IMG/VR virus record: IMGVR_UViG_3300023198_000928 | Reading direction: 5' to 3' (one strand) | DNA from: an uncultured virus (IMG/VR IMGVR_UViG_3300023198_000928) | Lineage: Duplodnaviria; Heunggongvirae; Uroviricota; Caudoviricetes | DNA length: 33,887 bases | In this document: positions 1-7,579 of the stretch, in pieces | Layout: each line of letters opens with the position of its first letter | Position numbering within the stretch: position 1 is the first letter of the stretch | Notes under the pieces: model-generated | Databases searched by the model: none | The model's input: the letters and a program-made list of their open reading frames with translations, nothing else | What the model was told of the DNA's origin: nothing | Position numbers and translations under genes: made by a program

Positions 1-2
1 AA

Positions 3-692
3 TACTCTATTTAATAATAAAAATATTACTGAGTCTGAATCTTCTTTATCTAGGAGCACCTTTCTACCTCTAGAGTTTAATCTTTTTTTATCAATATTTT
101 TTCTAATGAATGGATTACTTAATGAATAGGAGATATAAATTTTATAGTTATTTTTAATATTATTAATAACTTCTTCACTAATAGTTACTTTTTTACCTAT
201 TAATAATATATTTTTCGTATCTTGATTAATTAAATTAAATCCTTCAGGGCTAATATATCCTAACATCTTTAAAATTTCTATAGCTATATTATAAAGAGAG
301 TAGTCATTTTGATTAATTTCCCATAATGCAATTGGATCATCCACTTCTAGTACTCGTGATTTGTGTAATTCTCGGACCATCTCTGTCAACGTAATATAAG
401 GAATTACTCTACCTTTATCTACCTTTTCTATAAACTCATCAAATTTTCCTCCAGGTTTAAACCATTCTGTACCACCATTTCCTTTATATCTAGGATGTTG
501 AATTCTATTCTGCCTATACATAAAATGAAGATCACTTTCAATATCTCTACTAATTAAAGCAATAGGTATTACCTCATTACGAATACATAATGATTTAAAA
601 CGCTGATGTGGGGAGGTTGTCTTTCCTATCTTATAGATTTTTTCTTTAAGATCTTTCAAGACATAGGTATATACTAATTTCTTAGTACTCAT
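3..692 (-). CDS. T5orf172/MUG113 (GIY-YIG-like) domain protein, runs off the window start
   Basis: Hand-translated from ATG at 692: MSTKKLVYTYVLKDLKEKIYKIGKTTSPHQRFKSL...IESDLHFMY...GGTEWFK, matching the Y.Y...KIG.T...R...E..LH...EWF pattern. No stop before base 1. Absent from the ORF track. Confidence 0.75.
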   Translation of the reverse strand, partial: MSTKKLVYTYVLKDLKEKIYKIGKTTSPHQRFKSLCIRNEVIPIALISRDIESDLHFMYRQNRIQHPRYKGNGGTEWFKPGGKFDEFIEKVDKGRVIPYITLTEMVRELHKSRVLEVDDPIALWEINQNDYSLYNIAIEILKMLGYISPEGFNLINQDTKNILLIGKKVTISEEVINNIKNNYKIYISYSLSNPFIRKNIDKKRLNSRGRKVLLDKEDSDSVIFLLLNRV

Positions 693-700
693 ATATAGGG

Positions 701-1534
701 TTACTTAGTTCGAAATGGTTTATCCTCGCCTATAGTGTTAATTTTCTTCTTTAATATTACAATCTCATCTTTTAATTCTTCAATATATGCAAGTAATTCT
801 AAAATTCTAGTAGTCTGTTCTTGAATAGTAGTATTCTTATCTGACTCTGATTGTCTAGCTTCTTCAAGTTCTTCCTCTAAATCAAGTTGACGTCTTACTA
901 ATCTGCTTTTAGAATCTAACATTATTCCTTCAACATCTAATGCATATATACCATCTTCATCAGAATCAATCACATACCCAAGAGTATCTAATTCATCTAT
1001 AGACTTTCTTATAGCTTTCCTACTCATACCAGTCTCCTTCATTAATTCTTTTATATTACCTATATTAGTAATTCTATAGGTACCCAACATTATAATCTTA
1101 AGGATCAACGCTTTAGCTGGATTAGATATATCTGATCTAGATATATAAGAATATGTTATAATCTGATAAGTCTCAGAAAGTTTTAAAATATTGGCAATAT
1201 AAGCTTTACCGGATCTTCCTTTATTGATAGTAGTGATTATTTTTCTATCTTCAAGATCTTTAATTGCTCTATTAATAGTTCTTTTGCTAAATTGAAGCAC
1301 TCTAGCAATATCAGACGTTTTTGTAATTCGTCTAGGTCGTTTTCTTTTGAACCACAGGTCAGTATACTGATCCATATCAATATACGCTAATACTAAGAGA
1401 CTAGTGGTACTTAGGTAGTCTAGTTTAATAGTTACCCGTGAATGTAATCCATAATCAATAATTGAATCCCCTCGATGAAGATTAATTTTAAACTTAAATT
1501 GATTATCTAGGCCTTTCTTTTTATTTATACTCAT
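701..1534 (-). CDS. Tandem winged helix-turn-helix DNA-binding protein with C-terminal coiled coil (regulator or replication-initiator-like)
   Basis: Two HTH-like segments (SDIARVLQFSKRTINRAIKDLEDRKII and KELMKETGMSRKAIRKSIDELDTLGYV) followed by a heptad-rich tail. Confidence 0.65.
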   Translation of the reverse strand: MSINKKKGLDNQFKFKINLHRGDSIIDYGLHSRVTIKLDYLSTTSLLVLAYIDMDQYTDLWFKRKRPRRITKTSDIARVLQFSKRTINRAIKDLEDRKIITTINKGRSGKAYIANILKLSETYQIITYSYISRSDISNPAKALILKIIMLGTYRITNIGNIKELMKETGMSRKAIRKSIDELDTLGYVIDSDEDGIYALDVEGIMLDSKSRLVRRQLDLEEELEEARQSESDKNTTIQEQTTRILELLAYIEELKDEIVILKKKINTIGEDKPFRTK

Positions 1535-1592
1535 AATCTATAATTTATATACAAGATACAAAATTAACAGTAATGAAGCAATAAAAAACAGC

Positions 1593-1697
1593 ACTTTTTG
1601 TCGCTAAATAAACTACGAATATTTAAGTCAGAAAAATGATGAATTAATAAAATAAAAGGGAACTTTTGGCGCCAATAAGTGAACCTTTTGTCGCTGA
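1593..1697. repeat. Three imperfect direct repeats (TTTTGKCGCY) upstream of the HTH gene
   Basis: actttttgtcgcta at 1593, ggaacttttggcgcca at 1659, gaaccttttgtcgctga at 1681. Confidence 0.5.
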
Positions 1698-1944
1698 TTA
1701 AATCGCTTAGCCCTTAGTATCATTGGCCGGAGCGCTCCTCTAACAGTATAACAGGGTGAACTCCACCGATTTTCACAATTGTTCTCCCCCGCAGGGGTTG
1801 TAAAATCGACGCAGTCCTAACCATCCACCCTTTAAATTTGCATTTAATCCCTCCTTCCTTTTTAATACTTTAGTCCCTACTTTCTATTTATGATTTTTTA
1901 TAGTATTATATTATTATAGCTATAACAATTAAATCTATAATATT

Positions 1945-2394
1945 ATGAAATACGATTCACCAAAGACTCCGGCTATTAAGTATGCTAAAGGAGGATTAAT
2001 GCTTTCTAATAAAGGAAAGAAGAAAATGAAATATGCTAAAGGGAAGAAATTAGTATCTAGACATACTCCTATGGGAGAAATTGACGTTACTGATGAATCT
2101 ACCGTAGGAACTACTAAACCCAAAATGATGGGTGGAGCTAAGATGGGCTATCCTGGTAAAAAAATGGGCGGATGTGCAGGATGTGGTAAAAAGATGGCTG
2201 AAACAGGGATGAAAGTATCTCCTGAAACTGACTCAAATGCTACAGCTACTAATAATAGTGGAAATAAAGGATTTATGCCTGGAGGAAAAATGCCTAAAAA
2301 GAAAACTGTACGCAAATCTAGAAAAGTAGCAAAGAAAGAACAGCTACTAGCTAGAGAGAAAGCAATGAATGCTCGAAAAAAGATGAGTTACTAA
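1945..2394 (+). CDS. Basic low-complexity protein with repeated GG motifs (putative virion/core protein)
   Basis: KYAKGG, KYAKG, KMMGG, KKMGG and FMPGGK repeats; Lys/Met/Gly-rich. Confidence 0.6.
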   Translation: MKYDSPKTPAIKYAKGGLMLSNKGKKKMKYAKGKKLVSRHTPMGEIDVTDESTVGTTKPKMMGGAKMGYPGKKMGGCAGCGKKMAETGMKVSPETDSNATATNNSGNKGFMPGGKMPKKKTVRKSRKVAKKEQLLAREKAMNARKKMSY

Positions 2395-2405
2395 ACTAAA
2401 TCTAT

Positions 2406-4109
2406 ATGTCTTCTATAAAAATTAAAGGTGGGATATTATATAAGAAAATGCAGATTGGAGGATCCATTTCTTTAAATAATAAAATTGGAAAAGAATTTAC
2501 TCGTAATTGGTTAAATAGTCCAATAACACAGGAAAAATATGCTGATAATCTTAGAGAAATGAGTACTGGAACTACAGAAAAATTCGAAAACCCATTACTT
2601 AAATCCAATTATTTGCCCTCTAGTTTAAATAGAGATAAATATCAACGCAAAGCTCAGGCAAATTTACTAAGTGGAGTACAAAATATAAATAAATCTAAAG
2701 TCAGAGTTCTTCCTCAACAACAAGGTCCTACGGCAGAATATACACCTTTTAACAAAACTGTAAATTATTATAGAGAAAATCCTACCGCAGGCACTGCTAC
2801 TCATGAATATACCCATGTAGGTAGTGATATAGGTAAGGAAAAAGGTATTGACAGACAATTAACAGAATATGTGATAGATAAATTTGGATTTAGTAGGGCC
2901 ATACGAGAAAAACATCCTACTGCTCCAACTACTCGAGAAGCTGTAAAAAAAGAATTTAATGTTAATGGTAATTTATTTCTTAATGACAAAATGAGAAATA
3001 TTGAGTATAAAACTCAAAAAGGTGAATTATATCCTAGATTTATGGAGATGAGACAATTTTTAAATGTTCAGCCAGGACAACCTATTGATGACATAATGAT
3101 TGACAAACTAATGAATAACAAGAAAACAGGAAGTACTGCTAGATTCTATACAAAAGAAAAACTTAAAAATATATTAAATACTATTGCATTTAACGATGCT
3201 CAATCTAATATGGGTAACACAAGAACTGCAGCTGCAGGAGGAATATTATATAAGAAAATGCAGTCAGGAGGCCCTGTAGTAGAACCTTTAGTACAAGAAG
3301 CTGCCAAAGATAAGATAGGGAATGTTAACTTTAATACTCCTGATTTATACCAAATTCCCACACCCACACCTCATATGAACCCCGAGCCTTCGGCTCCTTC
3401 TGACTTTAGTAATCTACAACGACTAAATAAGGCTATTGGTGGAGGTGTTGATTTTGGAAAAGTAATGGGATTTTTCGGGCAATTAGCTGAGGCTGAGAGC
3501 TTTGGAGGGAAGGAGTTAACGAATCCAAAAAGCAGTGCTCAAGGATACTTCCATTTCTTAATCGATAACGGTGGTGGATATAATAAAGCCGGTTCTAAGA
3601 TATATGGAGGAAACTATGACTCTAAAGGAAAGATAGCTAATTCTAGTTTTGGCTCAGCTAAACAGAGGATAAGAAATCTAAAAGATACTGCATATGCTCA
3701 AGCAATAGATAGGGATCCTCAATTGAAAGCTACTCTAGATAAAATATCCTCTACTAATAATATAAATGACTTAAATCCTGAAGAACAAGCAATGCTTGCA
3801 TATGTAAGTCTGAAGATGAAGAGTAATACTTTTAGTGACTTTTTAAGGGATGAAGAAACTGCTGAAAATGTATATATAAAAGATTGGGTTACATTGTCAG
3901 GGAAACATACTAAAAAGGGAATAAATAAAAATTGGAGAGACGCAGCAATTAGACGACAGCCGGGAGGAGAGGCATTCAACTTAGTAACCAGAGGTACATT
4001 AGATGAAGCTCTATTTGGTATAAAGTCATATAGATTAGGAGGTAAACCGCTTCCATCGCCTGCTACTGAATTTATAAATAAAATAAAAGAAGCTAATAGG
4101 TTAGTATAA
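2406..4109 (+). CDS. Putative virion protein: zincin metallopeptidase-like domain plus lysozyme/lytic transglycosylase-like domain
   Basis: THEYTH (HExxH) with downstream GELYPR; AEAESFGG...NPKSSAQGYFHF resembles the SLT ES...SSA.G.FQF motif; GGILYKKMQ.GG precedes each domain. Confidence 0.65.
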   Translation: MSSIKIKGGILYKKMQIGGSISLNNKIGKEFTRNWLNSPITQEKYADNLREMSTGTTEKFENPLLKSNYLPSSLNRDKYQRKAQANLLSGVQNINKSKVRVLPQQQGPTAEYTPFNKTVNYYRENPTAGTATHEYTHVGSDIGKEKGIDRQLTEYVIDKFGFSRAIREKHPTAPTTREAVKKEFNVNGNLFLNDKMRNIEYKTQKGELYPRFMEMRQFLNVQPGQPIDDIMIDKLMNNKKTGSTARFYTKEKLKNILNTIAFNDAQSNMGNTRTAAAGGILYKKMQSGGPVVEPLVQEAAKDKIGNVNFNTPDLYQIPTPTPHMNPEPSAPSDFSNLQRLNKAIGGGVDFGKVMGFFGQLAEAESFGGKELTNPKSSAQGYFHFLIDNGGGYNKAGSKIYGGNYDSKGKIANSSFGSAKQRIRNLKDTAYAQAIDRDPQLKATLDKISSTNNINDLNPEEQAMLAYVSLKMKSNTFSDFLRDEETAENVYIKDWVTLSGKHTKKGINKNWRDAAIRRQPGGEAFNLVTRGTLDEALFGIKSYRLGGKPLPSPATEFINKIKEANRLV

Positions 4110-4119
4110 TAAAAATCAC

Positions 4120-4127
4120 TATATTTG
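4120..4127 (+). promoter_or_regulatory. Bacteroidota sigma70-type -7 element for tRNA block 1
   Basis: TATATTTG matches TANNTTTG, 30 nt upstream of leader ORF 1. Confidence 0.6.
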
Positions 4128-4157
4128 TGTAACGAATTTACGAATTATAATTTAACT

Positions 4158-4244
4158 ATGAACAATATACAACTGCATATCGAGCGCCAGGAACCGTTAC
4201 AAAGTAATGGAAGGATCTCTGTATGTGGAGTCGATGGTTTATAG
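4158..4244 (+). CDS. Attenuator leader peptide 1 (MNNIQLHIERQEPLQSNGRISVCGVDGL)
   Basis: Codons 5-15 (caa ctg cat atc gag cgc cag gaa ccg tta caa) match the downstream Pro, Glu, Gln, His, Leu, Leu and Arg tRNAs. GAAGGATC 4210-4217 is complementary to the terminator 5' arm. Confidence 0.8.
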   Translation: MNNIQLHIERQEPLQSNGRISVCGVDGL

Positions 4245-4271
4245 CCCTTGGTGTAACATAATTAAAAAGAT

Positions 4272-4302
4272 GATCCTTCTAAGAAATTAGAGGGATTTTT
4301 TT
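4272..4302 (+). terminator. Intrinsic terminator (attenuator 1) just before tRNA-Pro
   Basis: GATCCTTCTAA-gaaa-TTAGAGGGATT stem followed by a T-run. Confidence 0.85.
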
Positions 4303-4312
4303 ATATCAAATT

Positions 4313-4386
4313 CTAGGTGTAGCGTAGTCAGGTAACGCGCGTGCTTTGGGTGTACGAGAACGGGAGTTCGAATCTCTCCATCTAGA
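4313..4386 (+). tRNA. trnP: tRNA-Pro(TGG)
   Basis: Cloverleaf; acceptor ctaggtg/catctag, anticodon loop tttgggt, T-loop ttcgaat. Confidence 0.93.
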
Positions 4387-4441
4387 CAAAAGGTTTTAGC
4401 CCTTCCCCGTGTGAGTAATTGACACAAAATGAAGAGCATCT

Positions 4442-4514
4442 GGCGCGGTCTTCTAGTGGATCAGGAATCCGGGTTTTCATCCCGGCAACCGGAGTTCGAT
4501 TCTCCGTCGCGCTA
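4442..4514 (+). tRNA. trnE: tRNA-Glu(TTC)
   Basis: Acceptor ggcgcgg/tcgcgct; anticodon arm ccggg-ttttcat-cccgg. Confidence 0.93.
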
Positions 4515-4605
4515 CAAAATGGTCACTATAGTAGCTAATAGTCGGTAAAAATCCGATTAATAGCTACCAGAGTAGCTAACTATTCGTGATTCGCGAATTG
4601 GAAAT

Positions 4606-4677
4606 TGGGTCGAAGTGTTATGGATGTGCACATCGGTTTTTGGTACCGAAAGACAGGGTTCGATGCCCGCGGCCCAC
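4606..4677 (+). tRNA. trnQ: tRNA-Gln(TTG)
   Basis: Acceptor tgggtcg/cggccca; arm tcggt-ttttggt-accga; bulged T-stem. Confidence 0.85.
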
Positions 4678-4679
4678 CT

Positions 4680-4753
4680 GTGTATGAAGCTAAAGTGGCC
4701 GAAGCGTCGGTTTGTGGTACCGAAGATAGGGGGTTCGAGTCTCCTCATACACC
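4680..4753 (+). tRNA. trnH: tRNA-His(GTG), no encoded G-1
   Basis: Acceptor gtgtatg/catacac with C73; arm tcggt-ttgtggt-accga. Confidence 0.9.
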
Positions 4754-4758
4754 CAAAA

Positions 4759-4843
4759 GCAGTAGGGAGGAATTATACTAGTTGATATAGCCTCGCCGCC
4801 CCGTGGAGGGAGGAAAAGCTCAGACTTATCACTGAGATACTGC
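4759..4843 (+). ncRNA. Putative structured multibranch RNA between tRNAs
   Basis: Closing stem gcagta/tactgc encloses hairpins gagg..cctc and ctcag-acttatca-ctgag. Confidence 0.4.
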
Positions 4844-4848
4844 AAAAT

Positions 4849-4933
4849 GCTCCTATGGCGGAACTAGGTAGACGCTCTAGATTTAGGATCTAGTATCAGT
4901 AATGGTGTGAGAGTTCGATTCTCTCTGGGAGTA
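4849..4933 (+). tRNA. trnL: tRNA-Leu(TAG)
   Basis: Acceptor gctccta/tgggagt; arm ctaga-tttagga-tctag; long variable arm. Confidence 0.93.
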
Positions 4934-4938
4934 CAATA

Positions 4939-5037
4939 GTCAGGATAGACGTGCAGTGATGTATGGATTACGCCTAGTATAGATTAATTATCTATTGATG
5001 AGGGGATAGAAATGAGAGGTTCCCTTTAAGTCCTGGC
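4939..5037 (+). ncRNA. Putative structured RNA between tRNAs
   Basis: Closing stem gtcagga/tcctggc; internal atagat-taatt-atctat and agggga..ttccct helices. Confidence 0.35.
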
Positions 5038-5048
5038 GACGTTATAAT

Positions 5049-5134
5049 GCCTTCGTGATGGAACTGGTAGACATAGCGGACTTAAAATCCGTGGGTCAGG
5101 AATGGCCGTGAGGGTTCGACTCCCTTCTTAGGTA
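5049..5134 (+). tRNA. trnL: tRNA-Leu(TAA)
   Basis: Arm gcgga-cttaaaa-tccgt; long variable arm; two acceptor mismatches. Confidence 0.9.
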
Positions 5135-5142
5135 CTAAATAC

Positions 5143-5216
5143 GGCTTGCTAGCTTAACTGAACAAAGCACTTGATTACGGCTCATGAGATTCGGGGTTTG
5201 AATCCCTGGCAGGCTT
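5143..5216 (+). tRNA. trnR: tRNA-Arg(ACG)
   Basis: Acceptor ggcttgc/gcaggct; loop ttacggc; T-loop tttgaat. Confidence 0.88.
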
Positions 5217-5270
5217 CTGATTTTCACTATTTTAATAGTATTATATTAATATAATTTATACCTTTAAGAT

Positions 5271-5516
5271 ATGAAAGTAAACACAAGACTTATAGAAGTT
5301 ATCGCCACTGATAAGGTTGATGTGGCAGATATGAAAGATGTACCAATTGTAACCTTTGCGGACTACTGGTATCATAAAAACGATCTTGCTATCTCAGAAG
5401 ATGGCACTAACACGATTCTTATAGGATTCAATGTGGGTAAAAATACTAATTCCTTATTTTTAAAGGATAGAGATGTTAAAGCTGGAGAAAAGTACAGATT
5501 AAAATTAAAAGATTAG
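5271..5516 (+). CDS. Hypothetical protein
   Basis: 81-aa ORF in a gap between tRNAs, preceded by a GTATTATA motif. Confidence 0.6.
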   Translation: MKVNTRLIEVIATDKVDVADMKDVPIVTFADYWYHKNDLAISEDGTNTILIGFNVGKNTNSLFLKDRDVKAGEKYRLKLKD

Positions 5517-5537
5517 TATATATTAGAATAATTTTCA

Positions 5538-5545
5538 TATATTTG
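5538..5545 (+). promoter_or_regulatory. Bacteroidota sigma70-type -7 element for tRNA block 2
   Basis: TATATTTG(TGTA), same context as 4120 and also 30 nt upstream of its leader ORF. Confidence 0.6.
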
Positions 5546-5575
5546 TGTAGGTTTAATAAAACATTTTAGCATTCA

Positions 5576-5656
5576 GTGAATTTAAGTATAAATATAGCGA
5601 CAAGAATTATGGTCGGGACGGATAAGTCTCCGAAAGGATCTTGTTGGTATGGATAA
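5576..5656 (+). CDS. Attenuator leader peptide 2 (GTG start; MNLSINIATRIMVGTDKSPKGSCWYG)
   Basis: Codons 7-17 (ata gcg aca aga att atg gtc ggg acg gat aag) match the block 2 tRNAs. AAGGATCTT 5634-5642 is complementary to AAGATCCTT 5680-5688. Confidence 0.8.
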   Translation: MNLSINIATRIMVGTDKSPKGSCWYG

Positions 5657-5681
5657 GTAAATTCACATACAATATAATAAA

Positions 5682-5714
5682 GATCCTTCTAACTTCCATT
5701 TAGAGGGATTTTTT
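5682..5714 (+). terminator. Intrinsic terminator (attenuator 2) just before tRNA-Ala
   Basis: GATCCTTCTAA-cttccat-TTAGAGGGATT plus T-run; stem arms identical to attenuator 1. Confidence 0.85.
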
Positions 5715-5725
5715 AGTTAACAACC

Positions 5726-5798
5726 GGCCCTGAAGCTCTACTGGCTGAGCATCTCCCTTGCACGGAGAAGGTTGCGAGTTCGAGTCTCGTCAGGCCCA
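5726..5798 (+). tRNA. trnA: tRNA-Ala(TGC), C3:C70 in place of G3:U70
   Basis: Arm tctcc-cttgcac-ggaga; acceptor ggccctg/caggccc. Confidence 0.85.
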
Positions 5799-5884
5799 CA
5801 ATAATGATTAGAAGATTATGTATTTAAGTAAGAAGAAATATAAACAGTAATTAGCCCTTTGAGAAATGAGGGTGTTATTTATAT

Positions 5885-5956
5885 GCCTTCGTAGCTTAAT
5901 GGTAAAGCAACTGACTTTTAATCAGTAGACCAAGAGATCGGTACTCTTCGAAGGTA
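5885..5956 (+). tRNA. trnK: tRNA-Lys(TTT)
   Basis: Acceptor gccttcg/cgaaggt; arm actga-cttttaa-tcagt; atypical T-loop atcggta. Confidence 0.88.
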
Positions 5957-5982
5957 CAAAGAAAGATTGGGCTAAATAAAAT

Positions 5983-6054
5983 TGGGTTATAGCTCAGGGG
6001 TAGAGCAGCTGTCCGATACACAGCAGGTCATCAGTTCAAATCTGATTAATCCTA
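5983..6054 (+). tRNA. trnI: tRNA-Ile(GAT)
   Basis: Arm gctgt-ccgatac-acagc (C33); T-loop ttcaaat. Confidence 0.88.
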
Positions 6055-6065
6055 CAAAAGAAAAC

Positions 6066-6138
6066 GCAGGTATAGTGTTAGCGTGTAGCATGCGAGCCTT
6101 CCAAGCTCAGGGGGTCAGTTCGAATCTGGTTACCTGCA
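6066..6138 (+). tRNA. trnG: tRNA-Gly(TCC)
   Basis: Acceptor gcaggta/tacctgc; loop cttccaa. Confidence 0.9.
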
Positions 6139-6149
6139 CAAAATTAAAT

Positions 6150-6221
6150 AGTGACGTAGCTCAGTGGTAGAGCAGTCGGTTCATATCCTTCAGGTCACGG
6201 GTTCAAATCCCGTCGTCGCAA
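6150..6221 (+). tRNA. trnM: tRNA(CAT), probably elongator Met
   Basis: Loop ttcatat; weak anticodon stem gtcgg/ccttc; canonical D and T arms. Confidence 0.75.
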
Positions 6222-6233
6222 CAAAGAAAAAAT

Positions 6234-6306
6234 CGCGAGGTAGAGCAGGGGCCAGCTCGTTGGGCTCATAACCCAGAGGTCGGCGGTTCGAATCCGTCCC
6301 TCGCTA
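6234..6306 (+). tRNA. trnfM: Initiator tRNA-fMet(CAT)
   Basis: C1:U72 mismatch; three consecutive G-C pairs in ttggg-ctcataa-cccag. Confidence 0.92.
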
Positions 6307-6364
6307 CTACAAATAAAGATAAGTTCAGGGCTTTCCCCCAGCGCGGGTTTTAGATTGAACAAAC

Positions 6365-6440
6365 GGTGGCGCAGCATACATGGGAGCATGGCGTCTGCCT
6401 GTCACGCAGAAGATTGCGGGTTCGAGTCCCGTCGTTACCG
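6365..6440 (+). tRNA. trnD: tRNA-Asp(GTC)
   Basis: Acceptor ggtggcg/cgttacc with G73; arm tctgc-ctgtcac-gcaga; atypical D-arm. Confidence 0.88.
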
Positions 6441-6454
6441 CAAAGTTTAGGAGA

Positions 6455-6537
6455 TATCCTAGACAACTATTAGAGTAAGGAGACCACTGTCCTACAGGTA
6501 GTGATCGACGCAGCAGGACCTTAACTCTCTTAGGATA
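6455..6537 (+). ncRNA. Putative long-hairpin RNA between tRNAs
   Basis: Nested stems tatccta/taggata and agagtaagg/ccttaactct. Confidence 0.35.
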
Positions 6538-6538
6538 A

Positions 6539-6611
6539 TCCGGAATAGCTCAATCGGTAGAGCAGCTGTTTTGTAATCAGCAGGTCGTCAGTTCGAGCCT
6601 GACTTTCGGAT
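6539..6611 (+). tRNA. trnT: tRNA-Thr(TGT)
   Basis: Acceptor tccggaa/tttcgga; loop tttgtaa. Confidence 0.9.
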
Positions 6612-6712
6612 CAAATAGTACTTAGAACACCTCTCGTGAAGTCTTGAAGTGTCCCAATCTAAGTCTTTTACGAGGAGATAGGTTACACGTGGCCGGGAAA
6701 GTCTCCTCACTT

Positions 6713-6786
6713 GCAGTGGTAGCTCAGGGGTAAAGAGCATCTGTTTTACATGCAGAGGGTCGATGGTTCGAATCCATCTCACTGTA
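6713..6786 (+). tRNA. trnV: tRNA-Val(TAC)
   Basis: Acceptor gcagtgg/tcactgt; arm tctgt-tttacat-gcaga. Confidence 0.92.
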
Positions 6787-6797
6787 CAAATTTACCA

Positions 6798-6871
6798 GGG
6801 ACTGTAGCTCAACTGAACAGAGCAGCATGCTTCTATCTTGCCGGTTGGGGGTTTGAATCCCTTCAGTCTCT
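6798..6871 (+). tRNA. trnR: tRNA-Arg(TCT)
   Basis: Acceptor gggactg/cagtctc; loop cttctat; T-loop tttgaat. Confidence 0.88.
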
Positions 6872-6877
6872 CTAAAT

Positions 6878-6951
6878 CGTCCTATAGCTCAGTAGGTCAG
6901 AGCAGGTCACTCATAATGATCAGGCCCTCGGTTCGATCCCGAGTAGGACAA
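6878..6951 (+). tRNA. trnI: tRNA(CAT), probably Ile2 (lysidine type, reads ATA)
   Basis: Arm ggtca-ctcataa-tgatc with A73; third CAT tRNA in the block. Confidence 0.75.
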
Positions 6952-7028
6952 CTAAATAGTAGCTATCATCATTACTTTGTCATATAAATTTTGTATTATA
7001 TAGAAGTAACATTCAATTTAAATTATAT

Positions 7029-7376
7029 ATGATTTACTACAAGAAAACCAATCGACCAGATCCCCGCCACACTCGCACATCATTTCAATCATTCAAAACC
7101 GGAGGTAACATTCTTTTAGGAGTAAAGAAGATCCCTAGCAGTATGAAAGAAACTATTAGTCCTTACATTATTAAAAGTAGTAAGTATCACGGTAAAAATG
7201 GAATAATTACTGGGCTAAGAAAACCATTAAATATGGACTCTGATGCAAGGGGACTAGGATTCGGTGCGGACAAGGATGGATTTTTTGTACATACTCATAG
7301 AGCTCGTAGTAAATCTTATCCTACTCCGTTCAAAATTCCTAAGGATAAAATTAAATTTATAAAATCCACTGGATAA
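7029..7376 (+). CDS. Basic hypothetical protein with a GG motif
   Basis: 115 aa; FKTGGNILL motif; GTATTATA upstream. Confidence 0.65.
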   Translation: MIYYKKTNRPDPRHTRTSFQSFKTGGNILLGVKKIPSSMKETISPYIIKSSKYHGKNGIITGLRKPLNMDSDARGLGFGADKDGFFVHTHRARSKSYPTPFKIPKDKIKFIKSTG

Positions 7377-7424
7377 TTCAAATATTTTTGTATCTTTATT
7401 ACTTAATATTAAAGACCGATATAC

Positions 7425-7577
7425 ATGGATTTTATTTTTGGATTACTAATAGGAGCTGTACTTGGAGGATTAATTGGAATCTTAGTGTACAGAAACAACG
7501 AAGAAAAAGCGAGTAAAATAGCAGATAAAGTTGACGATGTCGTAGAGGATATTAAAGATATAGGAAAAAAAGAATAA
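7425..7577 (+). CDS. Small membrane-anchored protein (YtxH-like pattern)
   Basis: MDFIFGLLIGAVLGGLIGILVYRNNEEKASKIADKVDDVVEDIKDIGKKE; stop lies 2 nt before leader 3. Confidence 0.7.
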   Translation: MDFIFGLLIGAVLGGLIGILVYRNNEEKASKIADKVDDVVEDIKDIGKKE

Positions 7578-7579
7578 TC

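Noticed and set aside
4130..4302. T-box riboswitch as the tRNA-sensing mechanism
   Set aside because: No T-box consensus or large Stem I is seen in the short leaders. Codon-matched ORFs explain them better.
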